From Octopus vulgaris (Eukaryota), in contig OX597828.1 in NCBI GenBank assembly GCA_951406725.2, forward strand, positions 15,624,001 through 15,688,000: a DNA stretch of 64,000 bases, read 5' to 3'. A model generated the notes under the pieces. It was given only the letters and a program-made list of their open reading frames with translations. It ran no database searches and was not told the origin of the DNA. Positions 41,495 to 55,310 of the stretch are shown piece by piece (positions within the stretch are counted from its first letter, which is position 1; each line of letters begins with the position of its first letter). The translations under genes were made by a program, and so were the position numbers.

Positions 41495-41693
41495 TATTAT
41501 ATGTATATATGTATATAAATCATATACATACATATACATATATGTTTGTGTGTAAATATATGCGTATATATACGTGTGTGTGTGTGTATATATATACATA
41601 GATATACAAATACACACACACACACACATATACAAACACATGCTCAGAAATCCATAGACAGGCTTAAATATTTACACATATCTACCTATCTAA

Positions 41694-41747
<54 letters not shown>

Positions 41748-42241
41748 CCGCACGCATACAAATACGCGCATACGCTTATCTACCTACAATGCACGCAAAT
41801 CGAGAAAGTTTTTAATTAAGACAAGAAATAGGTTTATTATCTGAGCTAATTGTCTGATTCTTCACTAATTAAAGTGTAGATATCACTTAAAGGATCCCTG
41901 AGTATGGCGAAGCAGATACGGCACCAAGCAACGTCGAAGAGGGCGAGAGTCTATATATCGTATTTCCGGGCGTGCGTGCATGCGTTTGCGTGAATCTGTT
42001 GTCTACATGGAGCGTGTTTGTGTGTTTGTGTACATATGTATGTATCTGTCTGCGTTTGTGCGTGTGTGTGCGGGGAGAGGGAGAGGGCGGAGGTGCAGAT
42101 ATTCAGAGAGAGATGGTGAGATATGTATGCATGTATACATACGTGCATTCATAGTTGCGTGCACACATACATACAGACACACAAACACACACACTCACAT
42201 ATATATCCACACACATACATATATACATATATGTGTGTGTG

Positions 42242-42354
<113 letters not shown>

Positions 42355-42403
42355 GTATATATATATATGTATATATATGTATATATATATATGTATATAT
42401 ATG

Positions 42404-42462
<59 letters not shown>

Positions 42463-42728
42463 GAGTAGACGAAGCAGGGGCGGCTGAAGAAAGGGGAATT
42501 TTCCTTGCGTTGTATGTCTTGTACTCTGGTTTTACGTTGTTTAAAAAAATGTCCGCTTCTATGGTTTTGTTTTTATGTTTTCGTTTCTCATTGTGTTCGT
42601 CGTTTTTTTTTTGGTGTCCTGTACCCATATATGCATGTATATATACATAGGTACGTACATATATCTATGTATATATGCATATATTTTATTTATTAATTTG
42701 TTATTATATATATATACATACATACAGG

Positions 42729-42839
<111 letters not shown>

Positions 42840-43135
42840 GTCTATCTATTTACCTACCTACCTACCTACCTACCTACCTCATACATACATACATACATAC
42901 ATACATACATACATACATACATACATACTACATACATACAGACATACATACTTATCTACACACCCTACATATATGTAAGGATACATGAATAAGGAATGAA
43001 GAATATATATATACTTTTTTTACTCTTTTACTTGTTTCAGTAATTTGACTGTGGCCATGCTGGAGCACCGCCTTTAGTTGAGCAAATCGACCCCAGGACT
43101 TATTCTTTGTAATCCTAGTACTTATTCTCTTTTTT

Positions 43136-43200
<65 letters not shown>

Positions 43201-43223
43201 TATCATCATCATCATCATCATCA

Positions 43224-43281
<58 letters not shown>

Positions 43282-43496
43282 AATACCGTGGGTGTTTCGG
43301 ATGCAGGCTGTTACTTCACCAGCATTTCATGAAAATATTTGGCTAATCAAAGTGTAGAATAGGAGTACCAAAAAGTCACCTCATTAATCAACCAATTAAT
43401 GATTCGTTAATTATTAATTAAGCAAGATGTAAATCCAAGGATTGTATATAAACTAATTGACATGCATTTATCACAGAGTAAATAATAATAATAATA

Positions 43497-43803
43497 ACAA
43501 GAGCACTCAGAGAGCGCAAACCTCCGCCAAGGCAACACAAACGTCCTCTCAACGATTAGCCAGAGATGACTTTTTAAAAATGAGAATATCTGAAAAATAG
43601 GAAAAATAATCAAGAATCCTTATCCGGTACCGGATCGATCCCAAAATCTAATCAGTTTGTGTCAGCCACGAGACCAAACATCCTTGAAAGTTACATCCGA
43701 ATCCATCCAGTGGTTCTTGAGATATCTTGTTCACGGACAAACAAACAAATTAACAAACAAGATTGAAAACAATACCTCCACTTTCGCTAAAGCAGAGGCA
43801 ATA
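43497..43803 (+). mobile_element. Helentron-associated non-autonomous element (HINE/DINE-like)
   Basis: ACAAGAG start, ACCTCC subterminal motif at both ends, CCAAAATCTAATCAGTT core, (ACAA)n, 3' stem-loop CCTC...GAGG. Confidence 0.7.
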
Positions 43804-43963
43804 AATGAATAAGAGATGAAGACAGTTTTCATTAATCGGCTGGAGAAGATGTTTTCCTGGCCTGCGGTTAAAAATGGTCGTAACGTCGTTCCGTACGGAA
43901 CAGCCATGTTGAAGTCGCAACAAACATTACTCTCTAATAGAGATTTTATAACTCGCTACTTTG

Positions 43964-43995
<32 letters not shown>

Positions 43996-43998
<3 letters not shown>

Positions 43999-44225
43999 CT
44001 TTATTGCCCACAAGGGGCTAAACACGGAGGGGACAAACAAGGACAGACAAACGGATTAAGTCGATTACATCGACCCAGTGCGAAACTGGTACTTTATTTA
44101 TCGACCCCGAGAGGATAAAAGGCAAAGTCGACTTCGGCGGAATTTGAACTCAGAACGTAACGACAGACGAAATACCGCTAAGCATTTCGCCCGGCGCGCT
44201 AATGTTTCTGCCAGCTCGCCGCCTC
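43996..44225 (-). mobile_element. SINE family D monomer with head
   Basis: Consensus match. Confidence 0.9.
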
Positions 44226-44244
44226 AAAATATTTCTTATACCTC

Positions 44245-44797
44245 AGGCGCAGGAGTGGCTGTGTGGTAAGTAGCTTAGTTACTAGCCACATGGTTCGGGG
44301 TTCAGTCTCACTGCGTGTCACCTTGGGCAAGTGTCTTCTACTATAACCTCGAGTCGCCCAAAGCCTTGTGAGTGGATTTGGTAGGCAGAAACTGAAAGAA
44401 GCCCGTCGTATATATGTATATGTAAATGTATATACATGTGTGTATGTGCTTGTGTGTCTGTGTTTGTCCCTCCAACATCGCTTAACAACCGATGCTGGTG
44501 TGTTTACGTCCCCGTAACTTAGCCGACCGAAGCCTTGTGAGTGGATTTGATAGACGGAAACTGAAAGAAGCCCGTCGTATATGTGTGTGTGTGTGTGTGT
44601 GTGTGTCTTTCATTGTCTCCCCAACATAGCTTGACAACCGATGCTGGTGTGTTTACGTCCCCGTAACTTAGCGGTTCGGCAAAAGGGACCGATAGAATAA
44701 GTACTAGGCTTACAAAGAATAAGTCCTGGGGTCGATTTGCTCGACTAAAGGCGTTGCTCCAGCATGGCCACAGTCCACTGAAACAAGTAAAAGAGTA
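44245..44797 (+). mobile_element. SINE family A with internal ~150-bp duplication
   Basis: AAGCCTTGTGAG...GTAACTTAGC block present twice. Confidence 0.9.
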
Positions 44798-46011
44798 CTT
44801 AGTTTGGGAGATTCGGATATGTGTGCACTGGGCGTCATATAACAATCTTATTGCTAACGTCGCCTTATTTGATAACTTATTGGTAAATAAATATGTTGGT
44901 TGTCTTTATTTTTTTTTTGTGTATTCACTGTATTGTATTGAACAAAATGTGTATGCGGCCCGCGCTCATCATTCTCTCAGTTATCTGGCCCGCCGTGAAA
45001 AACGTTTGATGACCCAGCTGCCATCGACAAATCGTCTGTGCAGGTTGCAGAATCGCCTTTCTCGGACCCGAGAGACTACCAAACACAGTCCTGAAATGAA
45101 CACAATGGGTAACGCAGCCCGGTGATAAGCAGAGACACAACTGCCATAGCTTGAATTCCATTCGGCATATAACTAGTTAAATAATAAGGCTAAAAACAAT
45201 AGTTTCATAGCGTTGCCGCCGCTTTCAGTGTTCTCATTTTTAGCTTCAAGTATGCTACAAGACAGTTAAGTGTCTTGACACGAACTGAGTGCAATTCCGG
45301 TAAAAGAGAGACACGAAATGCTGACGCCGTCACTGCTTGTCCAGCATTCATATTGGGTCTTTTGTATTCGCCAGCAATGAAGAGAAAAGCACAAACAAAA
45401 ACCATCGTCTTTCACAATTGTCGTACAGCCATCTGTTTATCGTCATCAAAACATACCCTGAAATAAAAAAAAAAAAAAAAATTCACAGGCATGGCTGTCG
45501 TTAAGAAGATCGTTTTGCTAACATGTGACTTTGGGTTCAGTTCCACGGAACGGTACCGCCGAAAAGTGTCTTAAGTGTCTTAAGAGGCTCTGTGAGTAAA
45601 TTTGGTAGACAGAAACTGTGCGGTAGCCCGCCGTAGATAAACATATACATACCTATCTACATACATACATACATACATACATACATACATACATACATAC
45701 ATACATACATGCATGCATGCATGCATACATACATACATACATACATACATACATACAAGTATCTATGTGTATATATGTGTGTGTGTGTGTGTATGTATAT
45801 GCATATATTTATATGTTTGTATATATATATGTATGTATATATATATGTGTGTATAGGTGTGTGTGTGTGTGTGTATGCATATATTTATATGTTTGTATAT
45901 ATATATATATATGTATGTATGTATATATATATATATGTGTGTGTGTGTGTATGTATATATGTATATGCGTGTGTATATGTATATATATATATACACACAT
46001 ATATATATAGA

Positions 46012-46698
46012 CAGTGGCATCTCGTGTATAGGCACTGCGGAACTGCACCACTCCCTATTTCCACTCCATATTATCGATAACATTCAATTTAATGAGTCCT
46101 TTCTTCCTTCTTTTAACTTGTACATTATATAATCCTTAAGTTTAATGTCAGTAGCTATCCCCTAGTTTATGAAAAAAAAAATCCCAAAATCCTTGAATAG
46201 AACTGTGCGTTTCACAGTTCCAGCGACGTGATGTTTGGCTGTTGTGCGCATGCTCACATATCCGAGATAGGAAGCTCCACACAAGGGAGAGAGAGCACTG
46301 CGTGAATGACAGTGCCAGGTGAAAGGTAGTGTTTCTTTTTGACTTAGCGTGTGTTGTGCTTGTGTGTGTTTATATTCTCGAATGTGATAAAGTGTAGAAT
46401 TAGATTATTAGCCTGCATCCAGCTACAGTGTTGCTGCTAGGACTTGAAAAAAAAAAGTAGGGCACATTTCCCCACCTCTAATTTGTGATTTAGGGGCAGT
46501 GGGGTGGAAAAACAAGAGGGACTTCGCGGCGATGTTCAGTGAGCATTTTAAACACACTGCCCGGCAGCGGCTAAAACACGAACCAATCAAGTTTATGTAT
46601 AAATTTTCTTTTTAAGCCTGTTTCCTTTTATACAAAATTAAAACAACGGCTAAAAATTTTCTGAAGCAGCACCCCCACTAATTTTATCTACGAGCCGC

Positions 46699-46703
<5 letters not shown>
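46012..46703. mobile_element. Non-autonomous DNA transposon, hAT-like
   Basis: Imperfect TIRs CAGTGGCATCTCGTGTATA / TATCTACGAGCCGCCACTA within (TA)n. Confidence 0.6.
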
Positions 46704-46743
<40 letters not shown>

Positions 46744-46790
46744 TAAATGAAAGAATGGAGTCGAACGAAGATGTTAACAAAATTCCTTTA

Positions 46791-46861
46791 CTCTCGACAT
46801 ATGTTTCGAAGACCACATGGTTTCATTCCAAAGGAATAAAGGGTGTATGATGTAATCTTCT

Positions 46862-46867
<6 letters not shown>
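46791..46867 (-). ncRNA. 5'-clipped hammerhead motif
   Basis: (A)TGATGA, 11-bp stem GAAGATTACAT/ATGTGGTCTTC, GAAA, ACATATGT, GUC; C3 and stem I 5' strand replaced by (TA)n. Confidence 0.65.
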
Positions 46868-46892
<25 letters not shown>

Positions 46893-47099
46893 CTACTAAT
46901 ATAGGATGAGATTAATTCCGAAATTGATTCAATATAGTTATAACGAGCTTTTTAAAAAAATTCTGTTGGCTAGCTTTCCTCGATTTCAGCACAACGTATT
47001 TCTGTAGTGGGTTCATAATAATATGTGGAAATTGACGATTTAAAAGTCTGTTATCAGCATATTGGCATAGAAATCATTTTCTTTTGCCCTTGTTTATAA

Positions 47100-47148
<49 letters not shown>

Positions 47149-47281
47149 CAATATTTTTTATTTTTCATTCCCTTCGATTCTTATCTCTAATAGTGGTTCG
47201 GAATTTAACTGTCCTCTCTAGCGTGTAGGTAAGTCCTATCATGGCTACCTCTAATGTGTTTAAGTGTACACTGTATATATA

Positions 47282-47411
<130 letters not shown>

Positions 47412-47499
47412 TGTATATGTATATGCGCATATATAAATGTATGCATGTATATTTATGTATGAATGTATATGTATGTATGCGAATATGAATATCTGTATG

Positions 47500-47543
<44 letters not shown>

Positions 47544-47944
47544 TGCTTTTGTGTTTCTGCCCTCCCCACAGCTTGACAACCGCTGTTTGATTTGCTTACG
47601 CCTCCATAACTGAGCAATTTAAAAAAAGGAGAAAAAAAAAAGAAGAAAAATGCCGCCAGAATAAACATTACACTTAAAGAGAAACACTGGGGTTATTTGT
47701 TCGCTCAAACGCTATTTGAAGTACCACTCTTATAATGTAAGTATTAGAGCCGATTTGTTCGGTTAAACCCTTCAGAGCGACGCCCCAGAATGGCCGTAGT
47801 TCAAGGGCTGAAACAGTTGCAAGAAAGAAAGTAAAAGAAACCTCAGAAATATATAAAAATAAAACGGTGAAATTATTTTTACGAAGAGACCGATCGACAG
47901 TTCGCAGAATTCATTTAAGGAACTCAAGAAAATGATTTATTTTT

Positions 47945-48560
47945 TAGCCTTTACTTGGACTACGGCCATGCTGGGGCACCACCTTGAAAGGCTAGCTAAA
48001 CAAATCGACGTGAATACTTTTTTTTTATGAGTGGTACTTAAAATAGCGGTATCTTTTGCTGAACTGCTAAGTTAAAAAGACGTACACAAACCTGCACCAT
48101 TTGTCAAGTCGTATGTTTATGAGGAGAAATACAAACTTAAAAACGCACATATATACAGACAGAAACACATACATACATACAGACAGAAACACATACATAC
48201 ATACATACATACATACATACATACATACATACATACGTACGTACGTACGTACGTACATACATACATACATACATACATACATACATACATACATACATAC
48301 ATGCATACATACATACATACATACATACATACATACGTACATACATACATGCATGCATACATACATACATACATACATACATACATACATACATACATAC
48401 ATACATAGACGGGCTTCCACCTCATTTCGGTCTGTCAAATTCACTCATAAGATCTTCACCGTCTCAGGACTATAATAGAAGATATTTGGCCAAGGTCCCT
48501 TGCTATAGAACTGAACTTGAAACCACGTGACTGCAAAGCGATCTTTCTTAACCGCACAAC
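47945..48560 (-). mobile_element. Old SINE family A with expanded (TACA)n
   Basis: Diverged match. Confidence 0.75.
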
Positions 48561-49516
48561 CTGATTGTAAAATTAAAAAAAACATTTGTCTCATGAAAAA
48601 AATAACCGAAGAATTAAAATTAAAATTAAAATTCGATCTTAATTAGAAATATTATTTCGAAAGGAAACTGAAATGGAACTGAGGTTGATCTTCAATAATT
48701 CAAATTTTCATTGAATTTCAGCTTTAAATTTCTCTTGTCACCATGGATGTTTTTCTTTATGACAATATTGTTTGTTCTAAAGGACTCTGACCGAAATGTA
48801 AGAATTCACTTCTTTCCAAACAGCACCTAAAATTTTAGACATAATCGCATTCGGAACATTGTCCATAATTTTTGTTCAAGTAGCAAGGATTTCCGCTACA
48901 GACGAACAAGGATTTTTAACCAATCATTCACGAAAGAGACAAGCGGATGTCTATTTCCGGCTTTTAACGGTGGAACGAATGTAACAATATCTATGTCATG
49001 ATGGCGGATGGATTGAAACTCTTAGGAAGGACGGGTGAAAACGGTTAAGATTCTTGAGGATGATGGATATCAATTGAAGATAGACAAGTTCAAGAAGGAT
49101 AATGAGGTTAATCTGTTTGATTTTCTCCCACTTGTTATGGATTCGGTAAGAAACTAGCTATCCGATAGGGATGAAGGAGAGAGCTATGAGCGGCGAGGCG
49201 ATGTGAGGCGACATTAGCCACAAACTACTTACTACACCATGCTTTGTCTACTTTAAAACATGATCAAGCAAATGTTGTATTCGGTAGCATATAAGTAGCA
49301 CACATTCTATATTTCTAAGGACTCATTTTAAACTCTGTTGGACTTTTGGACTTTACTCATAGGATATTGGATGGAATATTGCATATATACCATTGTGCCT
49401 ATAAAATGGATTTACAACTTCAATACCCATACATATCTTGCATCTATTTTCTTTCCTCCACTTCACTCTCTATTTTATATCACATCTAAACTATGACTTA
49501 ACTATCCTCTCAGACA

Positions 49517-49568
49517 GTCTCCGATGAAGGGATATTATTAATAAATATCCTAGAAACAGCTGTAAGAC
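49517..49568 (+). ncRNA. Minimal type I hammerhead ribozyme motif
   Basis: GTCT-CCGATGA-A-GGGATATT(loop)AATATCCT-A-GAAA-CAGCTG-TA-AGAC; palindromic stem III ACAGCTGT. Confidence 0.75.
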
Positions 49569-49898
49569 CTTCTATCTATAAATGTTCTAATATCTACACA
49601 GTCTTGGTTTTTTATCTTATTACGCAAAATATTCTTATATAGCACATTTTCTCCAAATAATGCCCCCACCCCCAAAAAATCACACGGGTCATATATGTGA
49701 AGTTGGTTCTCCCATAAGATTTAATGCGCTAAAAACTTTTTTCCTGGATATGTGGTGCTGAAAGTGGGGTGCGTCTAATGTACCCGTGCGTCTTTTATGC
49801 CGTGAAACACGGCAGTTTTCGCATTGGAATGGCAGTTAAAGAGAATGTTAGACTCATCCGATGAGTAAATGTGTCTTGATACTCAAAATTTGGTTTAT

Positions 49899-50275
49899 CT
49901 TCTATTTGCTTCTGTCGTTAGACTGCGGCTTTGCTGGGGCATCAGCTTAAAGAATTTTTTGTCAAATGAATCGACACCATTACGTTTTTTTTTATTTATT
50001 TAAGCTTAGTATTTATTCTATCGTTCTCTTTTGCCGAATCGTTAAGAGACGTAAACACACCAACACCGGTTGTCAAGCGGTGGTAGTGGACAAACACTCA
50101 CGCGCACATATATATACACATGAGAGGCTACTTTCAGTATCTGTCTACCAAATCTATTCACAAAGCATTAGTCAGCCCGAGTCTATAGTAGAAGACACTT
50201 GGCCAAAGTGTCACGTAGTGGGACTGAACCCGGAAGCATGTGATTGGGGAACAAACGTCTTATCACACGCATGCG
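49899..50275 (-). mobile_element. Old SINE family A
   Basis: Diverged match. Confidence 0.75.
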
Positions 50276-51374
50276 CCCAAAGAAGACCGAAAAATCAGTT
50301 TATAAACTTATTCCCTTGATGTTTTATTCAGAATGTGTCTTATGCAAACCATCACTAGATTAAAGAATTATCTTTTAACTTTGTCTTTTACTTGCTTCAT
50401 TCATTGAACTGCGGCCAAGCTGGAGCACCGCTTTGGTGGGTGGGTGGGGGTGGGGGCTGTTTAGTCGAGTAGATCGACTCCAGCATTATTTTTTCTTTTA
50501 AAGTATGGTACTAATACTAGTATGGCTTCATAAGATGTACCATGCTTTTGCTTATTATTTCAGGTAGTTGCGAACAAAGACACTCTCTCAATTCTTTCGA
50601 CTCTTTTGACTCAGCAGCACGTCTAAAGCGTGATTGCTGGAGAGTGAGAGAGAGTGGGGGGGAGGGGGTAGAAAGCAGTGCAAGCACTTGACTGGTACTT
50701 GCTCAGGGACACAATGCGCCGCCTGGTCATGAATTGAACCTACGACACTATGATCGTAAGCCGAACACCTTAATCTCGAGGTCACGTGCTTCAACTGTAA
50801 AATATGTACTAGATTTAAAAATAAGTACAGAGATTAGTATGATCGGCTAAAAGTCTTCGAAGCAGTGTCCTAGCATGGCTGCAGTCCAATGATTAAGGTA
50901 AGTAAATGAGTAAAAGAGTATACAGACATTTTAAATATTTGAGAGAAAAATGACAGAATGAGTACAGTAAAATAGCAGTGGAGAGTGACGCGTACTTCTT
51001 CAGAGTTGCAGCCTGTTTCTCAAATATACAGGATATAAAACACCGCTTTCTTTTCTGTTTTCTCCTCTCATCTTTATCCTGAAGAATGACCCTTCTGTAA
51101 AGTTGAACTCACCAGTCTCCACTGTAATTTTTCTGTAGTCTCCACAGTAGTTTCATTGTCCTAATTAATTCTGCCGCATATTTTTTCCAAATAATATGTC
51201 TTACCAATGCGGTGAGCTAGCAGAATTTTTACCGCGCCGGGAAAATTGCTTAGTGGCATTTCGTCCGTCTCTACGTTCTGAGTTGAACATTAGGGTCGAT
51301 GTAATCGACTTATCCCCTCCCCCTAAAATTGCTGGACCTGTACCAAAATTTGAAATCAATATGTCTTACCCATG

Positions 51375-51390
51375 CACCACCACCACCACC

Positions 51391-51429
<39 letters not shown>

Positions 51430-51573
51430 ACCACCACCACCGCCGCCACCTCCACCGCCGCTGCCGCCGCCGCCGCCGCCGCCACCACCACCACCACCAC
51501 CACCACCACCACCACCACCACCACCACCACCACCACCACCACCACCACTACCACCACCAAAACCACCACCACC
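51375..51573. repeat. (CAC)n/(CGC)n trinucleotide repeat
   Basis: Read directly. Confidence 0.95.
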
Positions 51574-51585
51574 TATATATATATA

Positions 51586-51759
51586 GGCGTAGGAGTGGCT
51601 GTGTGGTAAGTAGCTTGCTTACCAACAACATGGTTCCGGGTTCAGTCCCACTGCGTGTCACCTTGGCCAAGTGTCTTCTATTATAACCTCAGGCCAACCA
51701 AAGCCTTGTGAGTGGATTTGGTAGACGGAAACCAAAAGAAGCCCATAGTATATATGTAA

Positions 51760-51805
<46 letters not shown>

Positions 51806-51825
51806 ATGTGTATACGTTTGTCCTC
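51586..51825 (+). mobile_element. SINE family A 5' half
   Basis: Head through the microsatellite. Confidence 0.88.
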
Positions 51826-52733
51826 CCAAATAAATAGATAAAAACAAATAAAAAGATAAAAACAAAAAACAAAGAGAGAGAAGTACGATGTCGGATTTGC
51901 TATAACACTAATATCAGATTATTTGATACGTGGCAACTAGAGAGCGTGCGAGTGTTCACAAAAATTGTTGAAAATGGCAACGAAGTTTTCCCCATCCTGT
52001 ATTTACATCCTGAAAAAGAAAAACATGCTCGCACTGAATAAGGATGTAGTCCTAGATATGTTAAGCTGAAAAAATAGGAGTGAATGTCATGAGTTGAACC
52101 CTTTTAACCAAATGGATCAGAGATGATTGGTGAACCCGCTCCCCCGCAAAATAAAAAAAACAAAAACAAAACAGTTATTACAAAAACAACGACTAGCCAA
52201 CGAGGGAACCATTACGAGGACGCCTATTTTGCAAGAAATAGCAACCAAGTTTCCCTTAAATTATATCCCAAACTTTTGAAGAAGAGAAACACATATTAGA
52301 TAATGTACTCCCGGATGCGCAATGCCCGAATAAGGGAGAGATGGTCATATCTGAATATTTTTGATAATAAATTCTGCTCCGTCAGAGCAGATTTGGGAGT
52401 AATCGTCACTACCACAACTACCACCACCACCACCACCACCACCACCACCACCATCGTTGCCGTCGTCGTCGTCGTCATCATCATCAAGGACGACGAAGGC
52501 GGCGTCAGCGGCAGCAGCAGCGGCAGCAGCAGCGTCAGCCGTCCAAGAATTTGGACCTGGAGATCTCCATTTCCAGCGACTTCGAGGGCCACCTCCCAGT
52601 GGTGTCGGGCGTCAACGAAGAACCCTCGACTACAACAAGACGACTAAAGTTTTTTTTTTTCTTCCGAGGTCTGGGGTCTCCTGCCCCTAAGCCCTAGACA
52701 ATCACCTAATCACCCTTACCCGTCTTGTTGCTT

Positions 52734-52773
<40 letters not shown>

Positions 52774-52848
52774 GCAGCAGCAGCATCAGTAGCAATAGCA
52801 ACGACAACAACAACAGTAGTAGCAGCAGCAACGACAACAACAGCAACA

Positions 52849-53389
52849 GTGGAGGCGCAGTGGCCCAGTGGTTAGGGTAGCGGACTCGCTGTCGTAAGAA
52901 CGCGGTTTCGATTCTCAGACCGGGTATTGTGAATGTTTATTGAGCAAAAGCACCTAACTTCCACGAGCTCCGGAGTGGTGGTGAACCCCGCTGTACTCTT
53001 TCTCCACAACTTTCTCTCACTCTTTCTTCCTACTTCTGCCACAAAGCAGAGGAACCATGGTGTAACCCACTATGGTGTGGTAAAACTTTCATACCCTAGT
53101 CTAGATTGCGAATCCTCTGTACCCCAGGATGGTTCAGCTCTCCGCCCGTTAAAAGCCACCGTTTACGGAATGAGGATAACAACGTAGCTTTCGCACCCGT
53201 GCAACCGCCAGTCTATCGCGTGTGGCAGGTGGATCTTCAAGTTGCCACACGCATTCTTAGTAGCTTAGAGTAGGCTCGAATTAGAGATTATTCTTTGTGG
53301 CTAATGGCGTGAGCCCTGCTTGGAAGAAGAAGAAGAAGAAGAAGAAGAAGAAGAAGAAGAAGAAGAAGAAGAAGAAGAAGAAGAAGAAG
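52849..53389 (+). mobile_element. SINE family B with tail d
   Basis: B head and body, tail d, long (GAA)n. Confidence 0.9.
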
Positions 53390-53900
53390 AAGGGAGGAGA
53401 AGGGGAGGAGAAGGGGGAGGAGAAGGGGGAGGAGAAGGGGGGAGGAGAAGGGGGGAGAAGGGGGGAGGAGAAGGAGAAGAAGAACAAGAAGAAGAAGAAA
53501 AAGAAGAAGAAGAAGGGGAGGAGAAGGAGGAGGAGAAGGAGGAGGAGAAGGAGGAGGAGAAGGAGGAGGAGAAGGAGGAGGAGAAGGAGGAGGAGGAGAA
53601 GGAGGAGGAGAAGGAGGAGGAGAAGGAGGAGGAGAAGGAGGAGGAGAAGGAGGAGGAGAAGGAGGAGGAGAAGGAGGAGGAGAAGGAGGAGGATGAGGAG
53701 GAGGAGGAGAAGGAGGAGGAGAAGGAGGAGAAGAAGAAGAAGAAGAAGAAAAAGAAGAAGAAGAAGGGGAGTAGAAGGAGGAGGAGGAGGAGGAGGAGAA
53801 GAAGAAGAAGGGGAGGAGAAGGACGAGGAGAAGAAGAAGAAGAAGAAGAAGAAGAAGAAGAAGAAGAAGAAGAAGAAGAAGACGACGACGACGACGACGA
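53322..53900. repeat. Polypurine tract (GAA)n/(GGAGGAGAAGGA)n
   Basis: Read directly; continuous with the SINE tail. Confidence 0.95.
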
Positions 53901-54206
53901 CAACAGCACCAAAGCCAATGAATGCAACAAGTTTTACGTTCTAGAATGATTGGAAAACATGCTTTTCGTAATTAATCAAGAAATTAATTTATGCTCCTGA
54001 GAGAAAAAAGCAAAATTCAAGTAAAACAATACAAAATATAATTATAAGGAAAGTTATTTATCGGTAGTCTTGTTTAGCCCTCCAGGCACACCTGTTCGAT
54101 CAGAGAAATAAGATCAAAGGCCTTCTAATCGTGACAATCACATTATTTTCAGACGATTTACCTCAGTTTGTGTAATTAAAAAAAAATGTCTCAGACTATT
54201 CGTTTA

Positions 54207-54754
54207 CACTTTTTATTCTTTTACTTGTTTCAGTCATTTGACTGTGGTCATGCTGGAGCACTGCCTTTAGTCTAACAAATCGAACCCAGGACTTATTCTT
54301 TGTAAGCCTAGAACTTATTCCCTCGCTCTCTTTTGCAGAACCGCTAAGTTCGGGGATGTAAACACGCCATCATCGGTTGTCAAGCGATGGAGGGGGTACA
54401 AACACAGACACACACAAATATTTACATCAAAGTCACTAGCCCCTATCCACACACAAACACACACACATTCACACATACACACACGCACCTTCGTTTTGGG
54501 ATCACCAATACTTTATTATCTCCCCTTCTTTCTACCTCTCCTGTCAAACAACTTTTTTTTCATGCCAGTCGCCATGCTTGATCGCTAAATCCACAAGTTT
54601 TAATATTCTCTCTCTGTTAATTTTCTGTTATTCCTTTCTGTTGAAGAGCGTAGGCTCGAAACGTAAAAGACTTTCTCACTTTCCCGAGTGTCAAAATAAT
54701 ACATCTGCTTTTTGTTAATATGCCTTTCTTCGTCTTTTGTCATTTGATTTTCTC

Positions 54755-54806
<52 letters not shown>

Positions 54807-54880
54807 GTGCGATGCAGTGGGATTGAACCCGGAACCATGTGGTTAGGAAGCAAGCTTCTTACTACACAGCCACTCCTGCG
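54207..54880 (-). mobile_element. SINE family A interrupted by a Penelope-like remnant (54425-54757)
   Basis: 3' half at 54207-54420, 5' end at 54803-54880. Confidence 0.75.
54634..54669 (+). ncRNA. Variant minimal hammerhead motif (A6 to U)
   Basis: CTTT-CTGTTGA-A-GAGC(GTAG)GCTC-GAAA-CG-TA-AAAG. Confidence 0.55.
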
Positions 54881-55111
54881 CTTATGTTCATTAAAATAAC
54901 AGTAAAAAATAATGGTTTTAAATTTTGACACAAGGCCAGCAACTTTAGTGGCGAGTGGTATGGTAGTTAGTCGAATACATCGACCCCACGAACTTGACTG
55001 GTACCTATTTCGTTCACCCCGAAAGGATTAAAGGCAAAGTCGACCTCGGTGGAATTTGAACTCAGAACGGAAAGACTGTGTTAACGATTCTGTAAGCTTG
55101 CCGCCTTTCTC

Positions 55112-55242
<131 letters not shown>

Positions 55243-55247
55243 TAAAG

Positions 55248-55308
<61 letters not shown>

Positions 55309-55310
<2 letters not shown>

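Noticed and set aside
53297-53949. Acidic or basic low-complexity protein
   Set aside because: Purine repeat grown from a SINE tail, open in several frames
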